From assembly GCF_000155975.1 (NCBI RefSeq), contig NZ_GG730299.1:2557740-2581739 (forward strand): DNA of 24,000 bases, read 5' to 3'. Source of the stretch: Citrobacter youngae ATCC 29220 (GTDB taxonomy: Bacteria > Pseudomonadota > Gammaproteobacteria > Enterobacterales > Enterobacteriaceae). The notes under the pieces are model-generated. The model had not been told where the DNA came from. It saw only the letters and a program-made list of their open reading frames with translations, and did no database searches. Positions 17,882 through 24,000 of this stretch are shown piece by piece. Made by a program: the position numbers and the translations under genes. Every line of letters begins with the position of its first letter. The first letter of the stretch is position 1.

Positions 17882-19195
17882 ATGTTTGATTACATCCTGT
17901 CTCTCGGCGGTACCGTTTTCGTCCCTATCATCATGATCGTGATTGGCCTTATCTTCCGCATCCCCTGGCTGCAGGCGATTAAGGCAGGGGTAACGGTCGG
18001 GATTGGTTTTGTCGGTATGGGACTGGTGATCGTCATGGCGATCGACAGCCTCAGCCCCCCTATCAAAGTGATGATTGAACGCTTCGGTCTGACCCTGCAT
18101 GTCTTTGACGTTGGCGCAGGCCCCGCCTCCGGCGTGGGTTATGCGACGGCCATTGGCGCCATGATTATCCCGGTTATTTTTCTTCTCAATGTCGCCATGC
18201 TGGTCACCCGGCTGACCAAAACGATGAACGTCGATATTTACAATTACTGGCACTACGCCATTACGGGTACGGTGGTCCAGCTTATGACCGGCAGCCTGAT
18301 TTATGGCGTGTTGGGGGCAATCTGCCATGCGGCGCTATCGTTAAAAATGGCCGACTGGACGGCGAAACGGGTACAGAACATCGTCGGGCTGGAAGGTATT
18401 TCGATACCGCAAGGCTACGGTTCCAGTTCAGTACCGCTTTTCGTTCTACTTGATGCTATCTATGAAAAAATCCCTTTCATGAAGGGACGCAATATCGATG
18501 CTCAGGAGATCCAGAAACGCTACGGCATGGTTGGCGATCCGGTAATTATCGGCGTAGTGCTCGGTCTGATTTTTGGCCTGGCCGCTGGCGAAGATTTTAA
18601 AGGTTGCGCCAGTCTGATGATTACCGTTGCGGCAATCATGGTGCTGTTCCCGCGCATGATCCGCCTGATTGTCGAGGGCTTAATGCCCATCTCCGACGGC
18701 GCCAGAAAATTCTTCCAGAAGTATTTCAAAGGGCGTGAAGTGTATATCGGTCTGGATACCGCCGTGACGCTGGGGCATCCAACCACCATTGCCGTCGGTC
18801 TGCTACTGATACCCATTATGCTGATTCTGGCCAGCATTTTACCGGGCAACAAAGTGTTACCCCTCGCAGACCTGCCGGTAGCCCCGTTCTTTATCTGTAT
18901 GGCTACGGTTATCCACCGCGGAGACCTGATCAGGACGTTGATAAGCGGGGTCATCGTGATGATTACCGTCCTGCTGATCGCCACCCAGTTCGCGCCTTAC
19001 TTCACCGAAATGGCGCTAAAAGGCGGTTTCAGCTTTGCCGGTGAAAGTGCGCAAATCTCAGCGTTGTCCGTCGGCAATATGTTCGGTTGGTCGATTTCTG
19101 AACTGATGTCGCTTGGCATTATTGGCGTTGTCGTGGCGGTCGGTATTGTCGCCAGCGTCGTGCTGTTCTTACGTAAACGTGAATTATCGGAATAA
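17882..19195 (+). CDS. sgcC: PTS galactitol-family EIIC permease
   Basis: The 437-aa polytopic GatC-like membrane protein is preceded by AGGAGG 5 nt upstream of the ATG. Confidence 0.9.
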   Translation: MFDYILSLGGTVFVPIIMIVIGLIFRIPWLQAIKAGVTVGIGFVGMGLVIVMAIDSLSPPIKVMIERFGLTLHVFDVGAGPASGVGYATAIGAMIIPVIFLLNVAMLVTRLTKTMNVDIYNYWHYAITGTVVQLMTGSLIYGVLGAICHAALSLKMADWTAKRVQNIVGLEGISIPQGYGSSSVPLFVLLDAIYEKIPFMKGRNIDAQEIQKRYGMVGDPVIIGVVLGLIFGLAAGEDFKGCASLMITVAAIMVLFPRMIRLIVEGLMPISDGARKFFQKYFKGREVYIGLDTAVTLGHPTTIAVGLLLIPIMLILASILPGNKVLPLADLPVAPFFICMATVIHRGDLIRTLISGVIVMITVLLIATQFAPYFTEMALKGGFSFAGESAQISALSVGNMFGWSISELMSLGIIGVVVAVGIVASVVLFLRKRELSE

Positions 19196-19207
19196 GGAGT
19201 GCTTTCA

Positions 19208-20014
19208 ATGAGTTGGCTGAAAGAGGTTATTGGAACGGAAAAAGCGGTCATCGCCATGTGCCATCTACGTGCATTGCCCGGCGACCCGGGTTTTGATGCG
19301 CAACTGGGGATGAACTGGGTTATCGACAAAGCCTGGGAGGATCTGATGGCGCTGCAAAATGGTGGGGTGGATGCGGTGATGTTCTCCAACGAGTTTAGCC
19401 TGCCCTATCTCACGAAGGTGCGCCCGGAAACCACTGCGGCAATGGCACGAATCATCGGACAATTGATGAGCGATATCCGCATTCCGTTTGGCGTAAATGT
19501 ACTGTGGGATCCGATCGCCTCATTCGACCTGGCGATGGCTACCGGCGCGAAGTTTATCCGCGAGATATTTACCGGTGCCTATGCCAGCGACTTTGGCGTC
19601 TGGGACACTAACGTCGGTGAGACCATCCGTCATCAACACCGGATTGGTGCGGGCGCAGTGAAAACCTTGTTCAATATCGTCCCGGAAGCCGCCGTGTATC
19701 TGGGCAATCGCGATATCTGTTCTATTGCTAAATCGACAGTGTTTAACAACCATCCTGATGCGCTCTGCGTTTCCGGCCTGACCGCCGGGGCGCGTACCGA
19801 CAGCGCGCTGTTAAAGCGGGTTAAAGAAACGGTGCCTGACACCGTCGTGTTGGCCAACACCGGCGTCTGTCTGGAAAACGTGGAGGAACAACTCAGTATC
19901 GCCGATGGCTGTGTGACCGCAACCACCTTTAAAAAGGACGGCGTTTTTGCCAATTTCGTTGACCAGGCGCGAGTTAGCCAGTTTATGGAGAAAGTGCATC
20001 ATATACGCCAATAA
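19208..20014 (+). CDS. sgcQ: BtpA/SgcQ family TIM-barrel protein of unknown function
   Basis: The ORF track starts at GTG 19199. ATG 19208 lies 8-9 nt after AAGGAG and gives MSWLKEVIGTEKAVIAMCHLRALPGDP (268 aa), matching remembered SgcQ. Confidence 0.88.
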   Translation: MSWLKEVIGTEKAVIAMCHLRALPGDPGFDAQLGMNWVIDKAWEDLMALQNGGVDAVMFSNEFSLPYLTKVRPETTAAMARIIGQLMSDIRIPFGVNVLWDPIASFDLAMATGAKFIREIFTGAYASDFGVWDTNVGETIRHQHRIGAGAVKTLFNIVPEAAVYLGNRDICSIAKSTVFNNHPDALCVSGLTAGARTDSALLKRVKETVPDTVVLANTGVCLENVEEQLSIADGCVTATTFKKDGVFANFVDQARVSQFMEKVHHIRQ

Positions 20015-20017
20015 GAT

Positions 20018-20042
20018 GGGGATAAGCAGAGCGCTTATCCCC
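20018..20042 (+). other. Perfect 10-bp stem-loop immediately after sgcQ
   Basis: GGGGATAAGC (20018-20027) pairs with GCTTATCCCC (20033-20042) around a 5-nt loop, starting 4 nt after the sgcQ stop. No U-tract follows (ggcagagagc). Confidence 0.55.
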
Positions 20043-20144
20043 GGCAGAGAGCAATAACCCTTCTGCGATCCCTGCCGCCTTCGTCAAAAGTATCGACGGG
20101 GATCGCTACCAGAGTAACCCGAATCGGCATGGAGTCAACGACGG

Positions 20145-20576
20145 ATGATTAACGATATTAAATGGGTACAGGCACAACGTGAAGCCACCGACTGGCGTCA
20201 GGCCGTGGAAATCGCCACCCGCCCGCTGGTAGCCTATGGTGCCGCGCAGCCATGCTACGTTAACGGGATCATAGAAAATACCCTTAACTGGGGGCCCTAT
20301 TATTTGATAGCTCCGGGAATCGCCTTGCCGCACGCCCGACCAGAGCAAGGCGCGAACTATAATCAGGTCAGTATCACCACGCTACGCACCCCGGTCGCCT
20401 TTGGTCACGAGGAGTGCGACCCCGTCTGGCTGCTTCTCTGCGTCAGCGCCACGGATGCCAACGCACATATTTTGACCATTCAGCGCATCAGCCAGTTTAT
20501 TGATTCGCCACAACGGTTAGCGGCCGTGCGAAATGCCAGCACCGACGATGCGCTGTTTGCGCTGGTATCAGGTTAA
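20145..20576 (+). CDS. sgcA: PTS EIIA component (mannitol/fructose-type EIIA-2 fold)
   Basis: The 143-aa ORF has GIALPHARPE containing the phosphorylatable His of PTS_EIIA_2 domains. It is colinear with remembered SgcA. Confidence 0.9.
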   Translation: MINDIKWVQAQREATDWRQAVEIATRPLVAYGAAQPCYVNGIIENTLNWGPYYLIAPGIALPHARPEQGANYNQVSITTLRTPVAFGHEECDPVWLLLCVSATDANAHILTIQRISQFIDSPQRLAAVRNASTDDALFALVSG

Positions 20577-20587
20577 CGGAGGCGCTT

Positions 20588-21220
20588 ATGATCCTGCACC
20601 CTTCTCTCGCCAGCGCAAATCCTCTGCACTATGGTCGTGAGCTGACGGCATTGGACAATCTGGGTTTTGGGACTCTGCATCTGGATATTGAGGACAGCAG
20701 CTTCATTAACAACATTACGTTTGGGATGAAAACGGTGCAGGCCGTTGCCAGACAGACGCCTCATCCCCTGTCCTTTCATTTCATGGTTGCCCGGCCACAG
20801 CTCTGGTTTAACGCGCTGGCTGAAATTAGACCCGCGTGGATCTTCGTTCATGCAGAAACGCTGGACTATCCTTCGGAAACGTTAGCAGAGATCCGCCACA
20901 CCGGCGCACGAGCCGGACTGGCATTTAATCCGGCGACCCCGATCGACGCCTGGCGATATCTGGCGCCTGAGCTGGACGGACTGATGGTGATGACCAGTGA
21001 GCCCGATGGGCAGGAACAGCGGTTTATTCCCTCCATGTGCGAGAAGATCCGAAAAGTACGCACGGCTTTTCCTCAGACCGAGTGCTGGGCCGACGGTGGC
21101 ATTACGCTGGTGGCGGCACAGCAACTGGCTGCAGCCGGGGCGCAGCATATGGTGATTGGGCGCGCCCTGTTCTCTTCATCTGACTATCGCGCGACCTTAG
21201 CCCAATTCGCCACCCTGTAA
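20588..21220 (+). CDS. sgcE: Ribulose-phosphate 3-epimerase-family protein
   Basis: The 210-aa ORF has a GGAGG RBS and RPE-family motifs (LHLDIEDSSF, HFMV, ADGGI). Confidence 0.9.
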   Translation: MILHPSLASANPLHYGRELTALDNLGFGTLHLDIEDSSFINNITFGMKTVQAVARQTPHPLSFHFMVARPQLWFNALAEIRPAWIFVHAETLDYPSETLAEIRHTGARAGLAFNPATPIDAWRYLAPELDGLMVMTSEPDGQEQRFIPSMCEKIRKVRTAFPQTECWADGGITLVAAQQLAAAGAQHMVIGRALFSSSDYRATLAQFATL

Positions 21221-21236
21221 GAGGAGATTCTTTCTG

Positions 21237-22019
21237 ATGAGCCAACAGAGACCTGACCGTATCAAACAGATGCTGCACTACCTGTGGCAACATCGCCATC
21301 TCTCCACACAGCAGGCCATGGAGCTTTTTGGCTATGCGGAAGCGACCGTCCGTCGTGATTTTCAGTATATTGCCAACCAGTATCCTGGCATGATCCGCGG
21401 TCACGGTTGCCTCGACTTCGACGCCAGTACAGACGACAAAGAGTACGTCTTCGACGTGAAACGCACGTTGCAATCTGTGGCGAAAAGAGAAATAGCCGCC
21501 CTTGCCCGAACAATGATCAAAGATGGCGACTGCTTTTTTCTCGACTCCGGCTCAACATGCCTCGAGCTGGCGAAATGCCTGGCCGATGCGCGGGTAAAGG
21601 TCATCTGCAACGATATTAAAATCGCCAATGAGCTGGGCTGTTTTCCCCATGTGGAGAGCTACATTATCGGTGGGCTGATTCGCCCGGGCTATTTTTCGGT
21701 AGGAGAGAGTCTGGCGCTGGAGATGATCAATGCCTTTTCCGTAGAACGTGCGTTTATCTCCTGCGATGCGCTGTCGCTGGAAACGGGGATCACCAATGCC
21801 ACCATGTTTGAGGTCGGAGTCAAAACACGGATCATTCAACGCTCGCGTGAGGTTATTCTCCTGGCCGATCACTCTAAATTTGATGCCGTTGAGCCGCATG
21901 CTGTAGCAACGCTATCATGTATTAAAACGATCATCAGTGACAGCGGGTTACCGGAGACTATTGCACAGCGTTATCAGCGAGCCGGATGTCAGTTGTTTTT
22001 GCCTCACTCAATAAAGTGA
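21237..22019 (+). CDS. sgcR: DeoR-family transcriptional regulator
   Basis: The 260-aa ORF has an N-terminal wHTH (RIKQMLHYLWQHRHLSTQQAMELFGYAEATVRRDF) and a DeoR C-terminal sugar-phosphate sensor domain. It is near-identical to remembered SgcR. Confidence 0.9.
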   Translation: MSQQRPDRIKQMLHYLWQHRHLSTQQAMELFGYAEATVRRDFQYIANQYPGMIRGHGCLDFDASTDDKEYVFDVKRTLQSVAKREIAALARTMIKDGDCFFLDSGSTCLELAKCLADARVKVICNDIKIANELGCFPHVESYIIGGLIRPGYFSVGESLALEMINAFSVERAFISCDALSLETGITNATMFEVGVKTRIIQRSREVILLADHSKFDAVEPHAVATLSCIKTIISDSGLPETIAQRYQRAGCQLFLPHSIK

Positions 22020-22242
22020 TAAGCAGGTTCGTTCGAGAGGGATTTCAGGCAAAAATGCTCAATGGCATCCGTTGGAAAATATTGGCGTTGCGCCCGAACG
22101 AATAAAGAAGCCTGGACGCGCTCCACACGCTACGATGTTGCGACAACACGCCCTCTGCTGTTTATTCTCATTCCCTAAATGTGGCTGTTTTAAATTCGTT
22201 ATTCAAACTGCGCACAAGATCACATTTAATCACTGCATTACG

Positions 22243-22258
22243 GTTCAGCATGCTGAAC
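22243..22258. promoter_or_regulatory. Perfect 16-bp palindrome, candidate operator upstream of yjhI
   Basis: GTTCAGCATGCTGAAC is its own reverse complement. It lies 62 nt upstream of the yjhI ATG and overlaps the candidate -35. Confidence 0.5.
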
Positions 22259-22282
22259 AACGCATATTTTCCGCCATACAAT
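22254..22282 (+). promoter_or_regulatory. Candidate sigma70 promoter of yjhI-yjhH
   Basis: The -35 is TGAACA (22254-22259), the spacer is 17 nt, and the -10 is TACAAT (22277-22282). AAGGAGG (22306-22312) and the ATG at 22320 lie downstream. Confidence 0.4.
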
Positions 22283-22319
22283 GCCGATACATTTATTCCA
22301 TAAGCAAGGAGGAGCCATT

Positions 22320-23108
22320 ATGGTTCGCAAAGGGTGTAATTCATTAGTCCGTGCTGAAAAAATATTAACCCATATCGCATGGGTTGGCGTGGCAAGTTAT
22401 ATGGAATTATTAAATAAATTCCAGTACCCCAAAAGCAGCTTGCTGAATTTATTGGAGGTGATGGTGGAGTGTGGCTTTTTAATTAAAAACAAAAACGGTC
22501 ACTATTCGCTGGGAATAAAAAATTATGAGCTGGGTTGTCAGGCGCTACACCGGCAAAATATCTTTGAGGTGACGAAGCGGCCAATGCAGGAGCTGTCGCT
22601 GAAAAGCGGACTGGTGTGCCACCTGGGAGCAATGGAGAGTATCTCGGCTATCTATCTCGACAAGATTGAAAGCCCGGACTCGGTACCGACGAGGAAAAGC
22701 TGGATTGGCAAAAAACTTGAATTACATATTACCGCGTTGGGTAAGGCGTTATTAGCCTGGAAGACACGAGAAGAACTGGATTATTTTTTAGAGGCACTCA
22801 CGTTAACCCCGCATACGCGTAATACATTTACCGATAAAAAGTTATTTCTGGAAGAATTACAAAAAACGCGCCTGCGGGGATGGGCCATAGACAACGAAGA
22901 ATCAACCTATGGTGCGGTATGTTTAAGTATGCCGGTGTTCAATATGTATAACAGGGTTAACTATGCAATCTCGCTTTCAGGCGATCCGGTCGTTTATTCA
23001 GGAAATAAGATAGACAGCTATCTGGAATTGCTCCGGAAATGCGCCGGGCAAATATCATATGGGCTGGGATACAGAAACGAAAATGAGCATTTACGAAAAG
23101 GAAACTGA
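22320..23108 (+). CDS. yjhI: IclR-family transcriptional regulator
   Basis: The ORF track starts at 22281. ATG 22320 lies 7 nt after AAGGAGG and gives 262 aa. The architecture is IclR-like (N-terminal wHTH, C-terminal effector domain). The position between sgcR and yjhH is as in E. coli K-12. Confidence 0.85.
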   Translation: MVRKGCNSLVRAEKILTHIAWVGVASYMELLNKFQYPKSSLLNLLEVMVECGFLIKNKNGHYSLGIKNYELGCQALHRQNIFEVTKRPMQELSLKSGLVCHLGAMESISAIYLDKIESPDSVPTRKSWIGKKLELHITALGKALLAWKTREELDYFLEALTLTPHTRNTFTDKKLFLEELQKTRLRGWAIDNEESTYGAVCLSMPVFNMYNRVNYAISLSGDPVVYSGNKIDSYLELLRKCAGQISYGLGYRNENEHLRKGN

Positions 23109-23112
23109 GGTA

Positions 23113-24000
23113 ATGAAAAAATTCAGCGGCATTATTCCACCGGTATCCAGCACGTTTCATCGTGACGGAACGCTTGATAAAACGGCCATGCGTGAAGTTG
23201 CCGACTTCCTGATTAATAAAGGGGTCGACGGGCTGTTTTACCTGGGTACCGGTGGTGAATTTAGCCAGATGAATACAGCCCAGCGCATGGCGCTCGCCGA
23301 AGAAGCCGTAACCATTGTCGACGGGCGAGTGCCGGTATTGATTGGCGTCGGTTCCCCTTCCACCGACGAAGCGGTCAAACTGGCGCAGCATGCGCAAGCC
23401 TGCGGCGCGGAGGGTATCGTCGCTATCAATCCCTACTACTGGAAAGTCGCACCGCGCAATCTTGACGACTATTACCAGCAGATCGCCCGTAGCGTCACCC
23501 TACCGGTGATCCTGTATAACTTTCCGGATCTGACGGGTCAGGACTTAACCCCGGAGACCGTGAAGCGCCTGGCTCTGCAAAACGAGAATATCGTTGGCAT
23601 CAAAGACACCATCGACAGCGTTGGTCACCTGCGTACGATGATCAACGCAGTTAAGTCGGTACGCCCGTCGTTTTCTGTATTCTGCGGTTATGATGACCAT
23701 TTGCTGAACACGATGCTGCTGGGCGGCGACGGTGCGATAACCGCCAGCGCCAACTTTGCTCCGGAACTCTCCGTCGGCATCTACCGCGCCTGGCGTGAAG
23801 GCGATCTGGCGACCGCCGCGACGATGAATAAAAAACTACTCCAACTGCCCGCTATTTACGCCCTGGAAACACCGTTTGTCTCGCTGATCAAATACAGCAT
23901 GCAGTGTGTCGGGTTGCCTGTAGAGACGTATTGCTTACCACCGATTCTTGAAGCATCAGAAGAAGCCAAAGAGAAAGTCCGCGCGCTGCTTACCGCGCAG
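23113..24000 (+). CDS. yjhH: 2-dehydro-3-deoxy-D-pentonate aldolase (DHDPS/NAL family), 3' end cut by the window
   Basis: Not in the ORF track because there is no stop within the window. ATG 23113 lies 4 nt after the yjhI stop. The frame is open for 296 codons to the window end. The translation is MKKFSGIIPPVSSTFHRDGTLDK...GTGGEF..., and GIKDT contains the Schiff-base Lys typical of the family. Confidence 0.88.
   Translation, partial: MKKFSGIIPPVSSTFHRDGTLDKTAMREVADFLINKGVDGLFYLGTGGEFSQMNTAQRMALAEEAVTIVDGRVPVLIGVGSPSTDEAVKLAQHAQACGAEGIVAINPYYWKVAPRNLDDYYQQIARSVTLPVILYNFPDLTGQDLTPETVKRLALQNENIVGIKDTIDSVGHLRTMINAVKSVRPSFSVFCGYDDHLLNTMLLGGDGAITASANFAPELSVGIYRAWREGDLATAATMNKKLLQLPAIYALETPFVSLIKYSMQCVGLPVETYCLPPILEASEEAKEKVRALLTAQ

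Noticed and set aside
22028-22102. An 8-bp inverted repeat, TTCGTTCG...CGAACGAA, separated by about 59 nt just after sgcR. It is a possible terminator or structured RNA.
   Set aside because: The stem is short, the loop is very long and there is no U-tract. An 8-mer inverted match within 100 nt is not far from chance expectation.
22072-22347. A 91-aa ORF spanning the sgcR-yjhI intergenic region and overlapping the yjhI start.
   Set aside because: It has a non-ATG start, no RBS, an odd Cys/Phe-rich composition in AT-rich DNA, and overlaps the well-supported yjhI RBS and start. The region is better explained as a promoter/operator.

Overview
This is an enterobacterial chromosomal window (E. coli / Salmonella / Citrobacter-like; I cannot assign the species). 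It is almost fully coding, and I recognise essentially every gene from its translation. Four modules lie end to end. (1) 14-5475: the distal part of the hydrogenase-1 operon (hyaCDEF), followed by cytochrome bd-II oxidase appC-appB and the 29-aa appX, which is below the ORF-track cutoff. appA is absent and a VOC/glyoxalase-family gene follows instead. (2) 6184-16095: a complete AI-2 quorum-sensing uptake and processing locus. lsrR-lsrK (minus strand) diverges from lsrACDBFG plus the Salmonella-type lsrE, and an extra cupin gene is tightly coupled downstream of lsrK. (3) 16474-22019: the functionally uncharacterised sgcXBCQAER cluster, containing galactitol-family PTS IIB/IIC, a IIA, an M42 peptidase homologue, a BtpA-family protein, a ribulose-phosphate epimerase and a DeoR regulator. 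(4) 22320-24000: yjhI (IclR regulator, conspicuously AT-rich) and yjhH (pentonate aldolase, cut by the window end). I saw no tRNA, rRNA, CRISPR array, IS element, integrase or obvious defence system. The observations most worth a second look are: the cupin attached to lsrRK; VOC-family sequence (one intact gene, one remnant) on both flanks of the lsr module; the direct abutment of the lsr operon onto a PTS cluster of unknown substrate, with no convincing terminator between them; and several clean operator-like repeats (two 33-bp boxes 168 bp apart in the lsr control region, a long-range inverted repeat around a CRP class-II-like sgcX promoter, and a perfect 16-bp palindrome over the yjhI -35). 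I did not find an entirely new gene system. The novelty candidates are architectural and regulatory and are mostly inference. All identity statements come from reading the translations against remembered family and E. coli sequences, not from database searches.
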